A stretch of 55,772 nucleotides of DNA from a virus. Taxonomy: Duplodnaviria > Caudoviricetes. Shown piece after piece: positions 36,026 to 46,706 of the stretch (position 1 is its first letter; each line of letters opens with the position of its first letter). A model generated the notes under the pieces. It was not told the DNA's origin, did no database searches, and was given only the letters and a program-made list of their open reading frames with translations. Made by a program: the position numbers and the translations under genes. The stretch lies in IMG/VR virus record IMGVR_UViG_3300029448_000049, positions 1 through 55,772 of that record; one strand, 5' to 3'.

Positions 36026-38370
36026 TGGCAAAAAGAATAGATAAAAATGCACAAAGAATAAGAGATATTTTTGATTTAGCTAACAGCTCATCAAGAGTTC
36101 AATGGGAGTATATAAATCAAAAAGGATATGATTTTGCTCATGACAATCAATTAACTGAAGATGAAAGAATATCTTTAGAAGATCAAGGCATGCCTACATT
36201 TACTATAAATAGAATAATGCCTGTTGTAGAAATGTTAAATTTTTATGCTACGTCTAATAAACCTAGATGGCAAGCTGTAGGTGCTGAAGGTTCAGATATT
36301 GATGTTGCTTCTGTGTTTTCTGATATGGCAGATTATATATGGGATGGTAGTGATGGTTCAACATTGTACGCTAATGCTATAAATGATTGTGTAACAAAAT
36401 CTGTAGGGTATTTATTAATTAATGTAGATAAAGATGCTGATAACGGTATGGGTGAAGTTGTAATAAAAAATCCTGAACCTTTTGATGTTTTTGTAGACCC
36501 TAAATCTAGAGATATGTTATTTAGAGATGCTAACTATATTATTATTAGAAAAATTTTACCAAAAGAACATTTATATTCATTATTTCCTGAACATAAATCT
36601 AAAATTTCTAAAGCAAGTAGTATAGATGATCAAGAGTTTGATTATAGTGAAAAAGCTACTGGTTCTGATAGAAAAGATTTTTTTTACAAAGATATTGATT
36701 CTAATGAATCTGTTACTTCAGATGGAGAACATGATGATTTAATAGAACTGTATGAACATTATGAAAAAGTAAAAGTTTCTTATGTTAATGTATTTTATAG
36801 ACAAAAATTAGAGCCTGAAGTTTTAAATCAATTAAAAAAACAAGTAGATGAAGCTATGCAACAGATGCAAGCTGAAAAACAAGTTCAATTTTTAGAGCAA
36901 CAAAAAAGTATGGAAGTAGCTGTTCAAGAAGGTAAAATGATTCCTGAAAGATATGAACTTGAAATAGCAAATATGCAAAAAGCTATGCAACAAGAAATTG
37001 AACAAGCTTCTCAATCTATGATGGCTGATCTTCAAGAAAAAGCTAGTGTAGTACAAAATACTATTATAACTGAAAAAGAGTTTGATTTAATTAAAAAAGA
37101 TACAAACTTTAAAAATACTTTAGTTGATTATGTTCAATTTTATGGAACAAGAATTAAATTAAATTGTGTAGTTGGAGATAAGACTTTATACTCAAAAGTT
37201 CTTCCAGAAACTATAACAGAATATCCAATTGTACCTTTTCATTTTAAATGGACTGGAACACCATTTCCAATATCTGCAGTATCTCCATTAATTGGAAAGC
37301 AAAGAGAAATAAATAAATCACATCAAATTTTAGTTCACAATGCTTCTTTAGGTAGTAGTTTAAGATGGATGCATGAAGAAGGAAGTATAGATACTGATTA
37401 CTGGGAAAAGTATTCAAGTTCTCCAGGAGCATTATTACCTATAAGACCTGGAGCACAAGCACCTACTCCTATTCAACCAGCTCCTTTAAATAGTGCATTT
37501 TTTAATATTGTACAAGAAGGAAAAGGTGATATGGAGTATTTAGCAGGTATTTATAGTTCTATGATGGGAGACTCAGGTGCTGCAAATGAAACTTATAGAG
37601 GTATGTTAGCTTTAGATGAATATGGAACAAGGAGAATAAAACAATGGATGTCAAATTCTTTAGAACCTGCACTCAAGCAGTTAGGAACTTTAGTCAAACA
37701 ATTTACACAATCTGTTTACACCGCGCAAAAAGTATTCAGGATTGTGCAACCAAATGCTTTACAAGAAGAAAGAAGAGTTGAAATAAATATTCCAATTTAT
37801 AATGATTTTGGAGAAGCTGTAGGTAAAATTATGGATTATGCATCATCTAAATTTGATGTTAGAATTGTTGCTGGTTCAACCTTACCTGTTAATAGATGGG
37901 CTTACGTTGCTGAATTAAAAGAATTAATGCAACTAGGAATTATAGATGATATAGCTTTACTTGCAGAAACTGATATTAAAAATAAAGAGCAAATAGCTAA
38001 AAGAAAATCTATGTATTCTCAAATGCAAGGTCAATTAGGTCAACAAGAAGAACAAATAAAAGATTTAAGTGGAACTATAGAAACCTTAGAAAGACAGTTA
38101 GTTCAGTCTGGTATAAAAGATAAAGTTATGCAGGCAGCAGTTGAAATTAACAAAAAGAAAGAAGAAGTTAAATCTGAAATAGAAAAAGAACTTCTTCAAA
38201 CAGAAGGCGAACAAAAAGTTTTACAGTCTGAAATGAAAAATCAAGTACAAAAAAATCAAACTATTTTAGACGCTGAACAACAAAAAATTATTACTAAAAC
38301 TGATGCTGAGGCTCAGATGGCTGTAAATAATTTAAAAAATGATTTGCAAAGTAGTAATAACAATGAGTAA
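36025..38370 (+). CDS. Portal protein
   Basis: 781 aa following TerL; PTFTINRI, FVDP, YPIVPF and QREINK motifs; long C-terminal coiled coil (P22-like). Confidence 0.9.
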   Translation: MAKRIDKNAQRIRDIFDLANSSSRVQWEYINQKGYDFAHDNQLTEDERISLEDQGMPTFTINRIMPVVEMLNFYATSNKPRWQAVGAEGSDIDVASVFSDMADYIWDGSDGSTLYANAINDCVTKSVGYLLINVDKDADNGMGEVVIKNPEPFDVFVDPKSRDMLFRDANYIIIRKILPKEHLYSLFPEHKSKISKASSIDDQEFDYSEKATGSDRKDFFYKDIDSNESVTSDGEHDDLIELYEHYEKVKVSYVNVFYRQKLEPEVLNQLKKQVDEAMQQMQAEKQVQFLEQQKSMEVAVQEGKMIPERYELEIANMQKAMQQEIEQASQSMMADLQEKASVVQNTIITEKEFDLIKKDTNFKNTLVDYVQFYGTRIKLNCVVGDKTLYSKVLPETITEYPIVPFHFKWTGTPFPISAVSPLIGKQREINKSHQILVHNASLGSSLRWMHEEGSIDTDYWEKYSSSPGALLPIRPGAQAPTPIQPAPLNSAFFNIVQEGKGDMEYLAGIYSSMMGDSGAANETYRGMLALDEYGTRRIKQWMSNSLEPALKQLGTLVKQFTQSVYTAQKVFRIVQPNALQEERRVEINIPIYNDFGEAVGKIMDYASSKFDVRIVAGSTLPVNRWAYVAELKELMQLGIIDDIALLAETDIKNKEQIAKRKSMYSQMQGQLGQQEEQIKDLSGTIETLERQLVQSGIKDKVMQAAVEINKKKEEVKSEIEKELLQTEGEQKVLQSEMKNQVQKNQTILDAEQQKIITKTDAEAQMAVNNLKNDLQSSNNNE

Positions 38371-38404
38371 ATTCATTTAATTTTTTTTCAATAAAAGGAG
38401 AAAT

Positions 38405-39283
38405 ATGTCAAACGAAACAGAAGGTAACTCAAAAGTGGTAGATAATATCATTGATGACTCCAACGATTTCTTTGGCCAATTAGAAGGTTCCGTTAATGGA
38501 ATCGTGGCAGAAGGGGAAGTTGATAACGCAGAAGTAACCCAAAGTGATAGTGGCTCCGAAAGGGCAACCCATGATAACTCGCAAGGCTCTAATGTGAACT
38601 GGGATAATGAGGACAATCCATACAAAAAAAGGTATACGGATTCAAGTAGAGAGGCTGTTAAAATGAATGAACAGCTTAGAGACTTAAAACCATTTGTGCC
38701 TGTTCTCGATGCAATGAAACGTGATAGTGGTTTAGTAGATCATGTTAGATCATATTTTAAAAATGGTGGTCAACCAGCTAAAACCGTTAAAGAACAACTA
38801 AATCTAGATGAAGACTTTATTTATGATGCAACTGAAGCAGTTGAGAATCCTGATTCTGACTCTGCTAAAGTAATGAATGCACACATAGATGGAGTAGTTC
38901 AACAAAGAGTTGGTAGTGTTCTTCAACGTGAAAAGCAAAATGCTCAAAAAACTCAAGCTAAAATTTCTCAAAAAAATATGGAGAAACAGTTTGTTGAAAA
39001 GCATGGTATGACTGATGAAGAATTTACTTCTTTTAAAGAAGAAGCAAAATCTAGAAAATTAACCATTGATGATGTCTATTATCTATTAAATAAAGATAAA
39101 GCGAACAAAAACGTGGCCAATTCTACTAAAAAAGAAATGTTAAATCAAATGAAAAATGTAAGAGACATTCCTTCTACTGCTAGCGATTCGAACAGTCAAG
39201 GTACATCTAGTAAATCAAAAGACGATGAATTGTTTGATGGTATACTAGGACTTGATGGTAATGTAGATAACTTGTTCGGTTAG
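38405..39283 (+). CDS. Scaffolding protein
   Basis: Acidic N-terminus, YKKRYTDSSREA motif, helical; located between portal and capsid. Confidence 0.75.
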   Translation: MSNETEGNSKVVDNIIDDSNDFFGQLEGSVNGIVAEGEVDNAEVTQSDSGSERATHDNSQGSNVNWDNEDNPYKKRYTDSSREAVKMNEQLRDLKPFVPVLDAMKRDSGLVDHVRSYFKNGGQPAKTVKEQLNLDEDFIYDATEAVENPDSDSAKVMNAHIDGVVQQRVGSVLQREKQNAQKTQAKISQKNMEKQFVEKHGMTDEEFTSFKEEAKSRKLTIDDVYYLLNKDKANKNVANSTKKEMLNQMKNVRDIPSTASDSNSQGTSSKSKDDELFDGILGLDGNVDNLFG

Positions 39284-39375
39284 ATTGGGTTAGACCGTCT
39301 ACCGAGCTTCACTTTTAGTCTGAACCGAAGGCATATAATATGCAGTTGAGGGAACGACATTAAGGAGATGGTCCT

Positions 39376-40911
39376 ATGTCAGACTTATTTAGTCTAGAAA
39401 CATATAGTGATACAGTTAGTACCAATGGTGCTACATCTGGTCCTCGTCATGGTACAGGGTTAGATACTGGCGATCTCAGAAGAAAGTTTAACTTTGGTGA
39501 TAGGGTTTCTGAACTAGCAATAGCTCAAGATCCTTTTTTTAGATTTCTTGCAAAAGCTTCTAAAAAAGCCACTGACGATCCTTCTTTTAAGTTCACAGAG
39601 AAAAGACCTTCATGGCACAAGCGTTATGCTTATGTTTCAAATCACGGTACATCAGCACCCGCAGCTTTAGCAGGAGGTGATGCAACAATTACTTCTGGTA
39701 ATGTAGATGCAGGTGATGTGTACTATTTTACAATGATAACTGATTACAATTCTGCAGGTAACTTGCAAAATGTATATGGTCAATCAACAAACGAAATCTC
39801 TCCTGGGGATGCTGGTACAAAACCTGCATTTTTTATTCCAGGTCAGATTGTTAAAATACCTCACTCAACATCAGTAACAGCAGGTTCTTGGACTGATGCA
39901 TCAGCATCAGAAGGTTCAGCACCAACTGATTACATTATTGCTAAAGTTATTTCAGTAGATACAGTAGATACAAATGCTGTTAACTTGAAATGTAGCATAG
40001 TAAAAGGTGTAGCTGCTGCAACTGAATTAACTTCTTATTCAGCATACGACAACGCAATAGATGCAGTTGATGTTTCAGGTAAATCTGTTTCAGATTATCT
40101 TGAAAGAAAAAGATGTTATGTAGTTGGTACTGCATTTGGTGAAGGTACTGGATACCCAGAAACATGGAAAGATCAGCCATACTCTACAGGCTATGGTCTT
40201 ACTCAAATTTGGAAAACTTCTTGTGCTATGACAAACACGTCTAGAGCAACAATCTTGAAGTATGAACCAAATGAGTGGGCTAGAGTTTGGAAAGAGAAAT
40301 TAGTTGAGCACAAATTTGATATAGAGCAATCTTTATTATTTGGTTCGCAATACACTGATGGAGATGGTGTTAACTATACTCAAGGTGCAGTTGACTTCGT
40401 TTCAAACTATGGTAATTCTTTCTCATTAGATACTTCAACTAAAACAGCTGATGACTTTTTAGATGATTTATCAAGTTATGTAGACCCTAGATATAATAGT
40501 AGTCAAGCAACAATCTTTTTTGTTTCTACTGCTGTGTATAACTGGATGCATAAAATGGGTGGATACTTTAAAAACAACATGGAAATCTCTTCTAATTTTA
40601 GAGCAGATTTTGCTATGACTGGCAAGAAAAAAGTGTTTGGTGTAGATATTACTACATTCTCAACACCTTATGGTGATATGAATGTGGCTAGAAACATCCA
40701 CTTAGATAGTACACAAATTAAAATGCTTGGTGTTAACATGAAGCATTGTGCTTATCGTCCACTTGTTGGAAATGGATTAAACAGAGATACTTCAGTATAC
40801 GTAGGAGTTCAGACATTAGAGAACTCAGGAGTCGACCGTAGAGTAGATATGATACTAACTGAAGCAGGTATGCAATGGGAAATGCCCGAATCGCATGCTA
40901 TATGGTTATAA
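39376..40911 (+). CDS. Major capsid protein
   Basis: 511 aa, strong AAGGAG RBS; TQIWKT, EHKFDIEQSLLFG and ILTEAG motifs typical of HK97-fold podoviral capsids. Confidence 0.88.
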   Translation: MSDLFSLETYSDTVSTNGATSGPRHGTGLDTGDLRRKFNFGDRVSELAIAQDPFFRFLAKASKKATDDPSFKFTEKRPSWHKRYAYVSNHGTSAPAALAGGDATITSGNVDAGDVYYFTMITDYNSAGNLQNVYGQSTNEISPGDAGTKPAFFIPGQIVKIPHSTSVTAGSWTDASASEGSAPTDYIIAKVISVDTVDTNAVNLKCSIVKGVAAATELTSYSAYDNAIDAVDVSGKSVSDYLERKRCYVVGTAFGEGTGYPETWKDQPYSTGYGLTQIWKTSCAMTNTSRATILKYEPNEWARVWKEKLVEHKFDIEQSLLFGSQYTDGDGVNYTQGAVDFVSNYGNSFSLDTSTKTADDFLDDLSSYVDPRYNSSQATIFFVSTAVYNWMHKMGGYFKNNMEISSNFRADFAMTGKKKVFGVDITTFSTPYGDMNVARNIHLDSTQIKMLGVNMKHCAYRPLVGNGLNRDTSVYVGVQTLENSGVDRRVDMILTEAGMQWEMPESHAIWL

Positions 40912-40922
40912 GGAGATAAACT

Positions 40923-41387
40923 ATGGCAAATCCAATGTATGGACAAAATAAAGCTGATGGAAACATCGGATGGTTACAAAACTATGAACATGGTATTAAA
41001 GATCATGGAACTTTAGGCGATAATTTAGTTCTTACTGCTTCTGATATGGTAAATGCAGTTGCTCACACATGTGATCCAGCAGCTGCTAGGTCAGTTACAA
41101 CTGCTACCGCTGCTTTAATAGTAGCTGCAATGAAAGTAAAAGCTAGTGACAGCAAATGTGTTGCTGGTGATACTTTTCAAATGTGCTTTATTAATGGTGG
41201 TACAGCTGGTGCTGATGAATCATGCACTATGACTGCTGGTACAGGAGTTACTGTTGTAGGTAATGCAGAAGTTGAAAACCTTGATACTGCTAGCGATGCT
41301 ATTAGTTCAGGTTCATCTTTATGGGCTGTTCACGTTACTGTAGCTAAGGCAGGTTCTGAAGCTGTTTCAATAATCAGACTAGCTTAG
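40923..41387 (+). CDS. Putative capsid decoration / minor structural protein
   Basis: Ala/Thr/Gly-rich beta protein directly after the capsid gene. Confidence 0.55.
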   Translation: MANPMYGQNKADGNIGWLQNYEHGIKDHGTLGDNLVLTASDMVNAVAHTCDPAAARSVTTATAALIVAAMKVKASDSKCVAGDTFQMCFINGGTAGADESCTMTAGTGVTVVGNAEVENLDTASDAISSGSSLWAVHVTVAKAGSEAVSIIRLA

Positions 41388-41394
41388 GAGGTAG

Positions 41395-41805
41395 ATGATG
41401 GCTAACGCAAAAATGGGCGCATCTCATGGATGGACTGGAAACTATGTAGAATCAGCAACGGCTAGTTTTAGCTTAGTACCTGGTGATGCAGGAAAAACGT
41501 TTATCTTAAAAGATGCAGCTGTAACAGTAACATTACCTGCTTTAAGTGATGTTGAAGCTGGATATTCTATAACTTTAATATCTGGCGATGATAGTGAACA
41601 TATATTAACTGGCGGTGCTAGTAAAATATATGGCCATGCTATTGATGGAAGTGGTTCTGCTGCTGAAACAGTTTTGCCACTTACTGGACATTCAACTATT
41701 ACTCCAGGAGCTGGAATGATAATAGGTTCTAAATATGATATAACTACTGATGGTACAAATTGGTATGTTTATGTTATTGCTGGAGCTGAAGTAGCTGGTA
41801 GTTAA
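41395..41805 (+). CDS. Putative capsid decoration / minor structural protein
   Basis: TVTLP...TDGTNWYV beta-sandwich pattern. Confidence 0.55.
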   Translation: MMANAKMGASHGWTGNYVESATASFSLVPGDAGKTFILKDAAVTVTLPALSDVEAGYSITLISGDDSEHILTGGASKIYGHAIDGSGSAAETVLPLTGHSTITPGAGMIIGSKYDITTDGTNWYVYVIAGAEVAGS

Positions 41806-41816
41806 CAAACAATAGT

Positions 41817-41864
41817 TTGGGTGCCCCCTCTGGTGAGCTTCCCCTCCCAAAGGGGGTGGCCCAA
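41817..41864 (+). promoter_or_regulatory. GC-rich stem-loop after the capsid block (terminator or processing site)
   Basis: TTGGGTGCCCCCT pairs with AGGGGGTGGCCCAA; no U-tract follows. Confidence 0.5.
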
Positions 41865-41879
41865 AATTAAAAGGAAAAA

Positions 41880-43247
41880 ATGGCAGATTTTAAAACACAA
41901 GTAGAAGGATTAACAGGTTTATCAATAGGTACTTCGCCTACTAATGACGAGTTATCTCAATTTTTAGTAGACGGTACTAAAGAAGTTGTTAATAGAATTA
42001 TAAGTTTAAGCCCTTTTGAAACTTCTAAGTTTTGCACTACTACTAACTCTACTACTAGTGTTACTAAAACAGGAAAAATATTATCTATTATGAGAGAACA
42101 TGATAGCACTAGTATATTAAGAAAGTGTGATCAAATTGATCCTCATGATAGGTATAATGCTACAGATAGTGATAGTTTACATTATAGGAGTAAAAATAAT
42201 CCAGGATGGTATGAATTAGATGGTAAAATTTATGCAGTTCCTACCGCTGCTGCAAGTGACAATGATATTGTTGTTACTCAAGTTTCTTACGCAACAAATA
42301 CAGGGCATAGCTCTACAGCTATACAAGATTTTCCTACTGAATATGAGTATTTAGTAGTATTGTATGGAGCTATAAAATCATTACAAAATGCTTTATCTGA
42401 TATAGATAATGACTTACCTAATGATTTAAGTGCTGTAATATTAGATTTTTCTGATACATCTTTACCTACATATACTGGGCCTACAGATTTTGTTTTACCT
42501 GTTCCTCCTGGTGGAGTAGATGTTGATTTTTCTGAAGCAGGAACAGTAGAAACGTTTGTGATGCCAGTATTTAGTGCACCTACTTTATCTACTAGCACTT
42601 TAGAATATAACGCTCCGATTATGGGAGATTTAAATTATTCAGATGCTAATACTTGGATTAATACAGAAGAAGATTCAGAAATGTTAGAATCAAGAATTAC
42701 AGAAATAAGTGCTAAATTAAATGAATTTGAAATTAAATTAGGTAATTCTCAATCAGAATTTGAAAAAAACAATACAGTATATCAAAAAGAAATTAATGAA
42801 TGGGCTCAAGATTATCAAGGAAAGTTATCTGAATATCAAGTTAAAGTTCAAAAAGAAACTCAAAGAATAACTTCTTCATTACAAGATTATCAAGCAAAAG
42901 TAAGTAAAGCTTTACAAAAATATCAAGCTGAAACAGGTTATGACATGACTAAGTATCAAGGTGAAATACAAGCTAATATAAATAAATTTCAATCAGATTT
43001 AACAAAAGAAAGTACTGATTTTCAAAATAATTTAGCTGGATTCTCTGCTAATGTTGAAAAAGCATCAGCATCTAATTCGGCAAAAATAGGTAAATATCAA
43101 GCAGATGTACAAAATTATATAAATAAAGTACAAAAAAATCAATTAAAATATGAATGGATGCAAGGTAGATTAGGAATGTTATCTCAAGAATACAATCAAG
43201 CTTTTTCTATTATAGCACCTAGACAACAACAACAAGGAGAACAATAA
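41880..43247 (+). CDS. Head-tail adaptor-like protein with a coiled-coil extension
   Basis: PGWYELDGKIYAVP...FPTEYEYLVVLYGA, followed by Y/Q heptad repeats. Confidence 0.6.
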   Translation: MADFKTQVEGLTGLSIGTSPTNDELSQFLVDGTKEVVNRIISLSPFETSKFCTTTNSTTSVTKTGKILSIMREHDSTSILRKCDQIDPHDRYNATDSDSLHYRSKNNPGWYELDGKIYAVPTAAASDNDIVVTQVSYATNTGHSSTAIQDFPTEYEYLVVLYGAIKSLQNALSDIDNDLPNDLSAVILDFSDTSLPTYTGPTDFVLPVPPGGVDVDFSEAGTVETFVMPVFSAPTLSTSTLEYNAPIMGDLNYSDANTWINTEEDSEMLESRITEISAKLNEFEIKLGNSQSEFEKNNTVYQKEINEWAQDYQGKLSEYQVKVQKETQRITSSLQDYQAKVSKALQKYQAETGYDMTKYQGEIQANINKFQSDLTKESTDFQNNLAGFSANVEKASASNSAKIGKYQADVQNYINKVQKNQLKYEWMQGRLGMLSQEYNQAFSIIAPRQQQQGEQ

Positions 43248-43741
43248 TGGCAGATACAGCAAGAGGTTCGGTAAGTATGACACCTGTCGTAACTATAGCT
43301 GCTGATTCAGATGCAGATGCAGTAGATGCAATACATCATGATATAAAACAATCATTAGGTGGTAAATTAGAGTATGCTAAAGCTGATGTTAATGATAAAT
43401 GGTTTTACAGTACTACTAAAGACGTTACAGGAACAAGTGCTGATTTAATAGCAGGAGATTTTACGGAAGGTGGAACAATAGCTACTGGAGATCATGTTAA
43501 GTTTTTATTTATCAAAAATAGTGGCACTACAGATGGAAGCACTGCAACTTCTTCAGTAGTTTATATTTGTTTAGATGGAGGAAACGCAGCTAGTGTAAGT
43601 GATGTAGTTGAAATTGGGCCTAATGAAGCTATGGTGTTAAAATTTAAAGATGGATTAGATGTTGCAGATTTACATGCAGCAACTTCATCAGGTACTGTTA
43701 GATGCACAGTTGCTTCTATTATAGATGATACAGGAGCATAA
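43247..43741 (+). CDS. Structural protein, hypothetical
   Basis: 164 aa, beta-rich, AAGGAG RBS. Confidence 0.55.
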   Translation: MADTARGSVSMTPVVTIAADSDADAVDAIHHDIKQSLGGKLEYAKADVNDKWFYSTTKDVTGTSADLIAGDFTEGGTIATGDHVKFLFIKNSGTTDGSTATSSVVYICLDGGNAASVSDVVEIGPNEAMVLKFKDGLDVADLHAATSSGTVRCTVASIIDDTGA

Positions 43742-43749
43742 GGATAATT

Positions 43750-44037
43750 ATGAAAGTTAAAGAATTAATAGAAAGAGTAGGAGCAGAAGAAATGCCAACA
43801 GGTAGAATGATTGCTTATATAAAAGATGGTTTAGAAGAAATAAATACTATTTCTGAAACTCATGTGACTACTGAAAGAATAGATTTAACTACAAATCAAA
43901 GGTTTTACAAGTTTCCTAATGAAATGATTAAAGTTTTAGAAGTTAGAGTTAAAAATCATTTAAATAGCAAAGATGAATATAGACAAATACCTAGACTTGT
44001 TTTTGAACCTAAAATAAAAGATTCGGATGGTAGTTAA
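43750..44037 (+). CDS. Adaptor-like protein (resembles an N-terminal half)
   Basis: YIKDGLEEI...DLTTNQRFYKFP pattern. Confidence 0.5.
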   Translation: MKVKELIERVGAEEMPTGRMIAYIKDGLEEINTISETHVTTERIDLTTNQRFYKFPNEMIKVLEVRVKNHLNSKDEYRQIPRLVFEPKIKDSDGS

Positions 44038-44720
44038 TGGCGACAGTTAGACAATATGGTTATTATGTAAAAGGTAATCAAGTAGCGATAGTTGAGAAAG
44101 ATACTCAATTTGATAATGATGTAAACTCTAAAGACTACGGCCCAGGAAGTGATAGATCTCAATGGAAATCTCCACTTGCTACTGTTGCTGATGGTCTTGA
44201 AATACAATATGTATATAGTCCTAGTTACTTTATAGAGTCTACAGATGTATCTACCCAAACTGTTTCAGGATGGGATCAAGATAATGATGGTAACTTTAGA
44301 CTTCGTGCATCAGGTAGTACTGATTGGACAACTTCTCCTGATTTAAGTAGTGTTACTTATATAGTATTACAAAATGCTGGAAGATTTAATGGGTTACATA
44401 AAGTTTCGTCAGTTACAAATAATAGAATAGTAACTACTACTAAAGTTTCAGCTTCTACATCAGAAACATTATTTGAAGAAACTGTTACTTTATATTATGA
44501 TGTCAATGCATTAAGCGATGAATCTGATACTATAGATTTACCTAATTATTTAAGTAAAGCTTTAGTATATTATGTGAAAGCTAAAGTAGCAGAAGATATG
44601 ATGAATCTTGAGGCTAAAGAATATTTTATGAAAGAATTTAGAAAAATGGTAGAAAAATACAACAATACTAGAGTTGCTGGGCCTAGAATGCAAAGTTCTG
44701 GACCTTATGCAATTAGATAA
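44037..44720 (+). CDS. Adaptor-like protein (resembles a C-terminal half)
   Basis: IDLPNYLSKALVYYVKAK...YFMKEF. Confidence 0.5.
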   Translation: MATVRQYGYYVKGNQVAIVEKDTQFDNDVNSKDYGPGSDRSQWKSPLATVADGLEIQYVYSPSYFIESTDVSTQTVSGWDQDNDGNFRLRASGSTDWTTSPDLSSVTYIVLQNAGRFNGLHKVSSVTNNRIVTTTKVSASTSETLFEETVTLYYDVNALSDESDTIDLPNYLSKALVYYVKAKVAEDMMNLEAKEYFMKEFRKMVEKYNNTRVAGPRMQSSGPYAIR

Positions 44721-44771
44721 CAATAAACAAGCCCATTCACGCACAGCCAGTGCTTAGGGCAGGAGGTAAAC

Positions 44772-45332
44772 ATGGCAGCAAATAAAAAACCAGGACTGAA
44801 TAAATTTACAGTTCAAGAAGCAACTAATAAGCTTTGTCAAAAACATATATTTAGAACAACTCCAACAATACCGTCAGCAGATTATGCTAGTGGTGATGTA
44901 CTGTTTAATTCAGCAGAAATTACAAATGCAGTTTTAGATTCAGGTGGGAAATCTAAACTTGTTGGATGTAGTGTAATTAATACAGCTGATCAACTTTGGG
45001 ATTTTGACTTAGTTTTTATGCAAGTTGCAACTGATTTAGGAACTGTTGATGGTGCTCTTGATATAACTACTGGAGAAATCGCATCAGCAAAAATTTTGGG
45101 AATTGTAAAAATGGATTCATCTATTTACACAACTGATTTAGTTAATGCTAGATTTTCAACAGCTATCTTTGGAAATAATATTGGGAATCCTATTCCTGCA
45201 GTTATTCTTGAAGCAGCAGCAGAATCAACAAGCGTATATATGGGTTGTATTGCAAGAGCAGCTCAGGATACAAGTGGTACTGGTGCAAATACTTCTAATC
45301 ATCTTAGTATAATACTTGACATAGAATATTAA
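44772..45332 (+). CDS. Structural protein, hypothetical
   Basis: 186 aa, AGGAGG RBS, beta-rich. Confidence 0.55.
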   Translation: MAANKKPGLNKFTVQEATNKLCQKHIFRTTPTIPSADYASGDVLFNSAEITNAVLDSGGKSKLVGCSVINTADQLWDFDLVFMQVATDLGTVDGALDITTGEIASAKILGIVKMDSSIYTTDLVNARFSTAIFGNNIGNPIPAVILEAAAESTSVYMGCIARAAQDTSGTGANTSNHLSIILDIEY

Positions 45333-45349
45333 TATAAAGGGGAAATGTT

Positions 45350-45754
45350 ATGGATTTAAAAGAAAGTATTAAACAAAATGAAGGTTATGTAGGTATTGTT
45401 TACAAAGATAGCTTAGGTATAGACACTATTGGATATGGTTTTGCAATTAAAGATTTAGAATTAGATAGAGATATATGTGATCTTATTCTTGAGCGCAAAC
45501 TTAAAGAATTAGAAGATAGTATAAAACTTAAATTTGGATGGTATCCATTTATGCCTAAAGTAATTCAAGATGTAGTTATGGAAATGTGTTACCAACTAGG
45601 CGTAACAGGTTTTTCTAAATTTGTTAAAACAATTACATATTTAAAAGATAAAGATTTTAAAAACGCATCTATTGAAATGCTTGATAGTAAATGGGCTAAA
45701 CAAACTCCAAACAGAGCGAAGAAAATGAGTGAAATAGTAGGGAGTATAGTTTAA
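45350..45754 (+). CDS. Endolysin, T4-type lysozyme (GH24)
   Basis: EG...YKDSLGIDTIGYG (E-x8-D-x5-T); SKWAKQTPNRA. Confidence 0.92.
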   Translation: MDLKESIKQNEGYVGIVYKDSLGIDTIGYGFAIKDLELDRDICDLILERKLKELEDSIKLKFGWYPFMPKVIQDVVMEMCYQLGVTGFSKFVKTITYLKDKDFKNASIEMLDSKWAKQTPNRAKKMSEIVGSIV

Positions 45755-45916
45755 ATGGACGCAGATACGTTAAAATCGGCAATAATTGGTAGTGGAGGCA
45801 TGAGTATCCAGTTTATGGATATGTTGCCTGAAATAGTACGTTTAGGCGTTGGAATCATTACTATAGTATATTTTGTATATAAAATTGCTTTAATTAGGAA
45901 AGAACTTAAAAAATAA
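45755..45916 (+). CDS. Small membrane protein, holin candidate (53 aa, not in ORF track)
   Basis: LGVGIITIVYFVYKI hydrophobic segment with a basic tail, immediately after the endolysin. Confidence 0.55.
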   Translation: MDADTLKSAIIGSGGMSIQFMDMLPEIVRLGVGIITIVYFVYKIALIRKELKK

Positions 45917-45932
45917 ATAAAAAGGGGAAGCT

Positions 45933-46703
45933 ATGGATAAAGGTGTTGTAAAAAGAGTTATTGTAACTCCAGATAAACATTTTCCGTTACACGACCAACC
46001 TGCTATTAATTGTCTTAAAAAAACAATAGAAATAGTAAAACCAGATGCTTATGTAGATTTGGGTGATGTAGGAGAGTGGCATGCATTTAGTGCTTGGAGA
46101 TTTAAAAGAAAAAAAGCTCCACCATTAGAATATTTACTTGACAGTTTTGAAAAGGATGTAAAAGATGTTAACAATGGAATGGATCAAATCGATGAGTCTT
46201 TGGATAAAGCAGGTTGTAAAGAAAAGTATCTTACTGAGGGTAATCATGACAATTGGCTTAATATGGCAGTTGAGAAATATCCCTATCTTCCTCAGTATAG
46301 ATTTGCTACTGCTGTTAAGCTTGCTGACCGTGGGTACAAATATTATGAGTTCGGAAAGCACCTTAAGATGGGAAAATTATACTTTTATCATGGTCATCAA
46401 TATGGGGGTCAATATCATACTTCTAACCATCTTAGGAAACTTGGATGCAATGTAATGTATGGACATTGGCACGATTTACAACAGATGAGTGCTACTCATA
46501 TGGATGGACCAAAAAGTGCTTGGAGTATTGGATGCTTAAAAGATATGGGACCAAAATCTAATGAGTGGTTGGCTAATAGAAGAATTAATTGGGCTCATGC
46601 TTTTGCCATCGTTGATTTTTACGCTAGAGGGTTGTTTACGGTTCATATTATTCAAATTATTAATGGAAAAACGTCATTATGGGGAGAACTCATAGAAGGG
46701 TAA
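45933..46703 (+). CDS. Calcineurin-like metallophosphoesterase
   Basis: DKH, LGD, GNHD, HGH and GHWH motifs. Confidence 0.9.
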   Translation: MDKGVVKRVIVTPDKHFPLHDQPAINCLKKTIEIVKPDAYVDLGDVGEWHAFSAWRFKRKKAPPLEYLLDSFEKDVKDVNNGMDQIDESLDKAGCKEKYLTEGNHDNWLNMAVEKYPYLPQYRFATAVKLADRGYKYYEFGKHLKMGKLYFYHGHQYGGQYHTSNHLRKLGCNVMYGHWHDLQQMSATHMDGPKSAWSIGCLKDMGPKSNEWLANRRINWAHAFAIVDFYARGLFTVHIIQIINGKTSLWGELIEG

Positions 46704-46706
46704 TGG

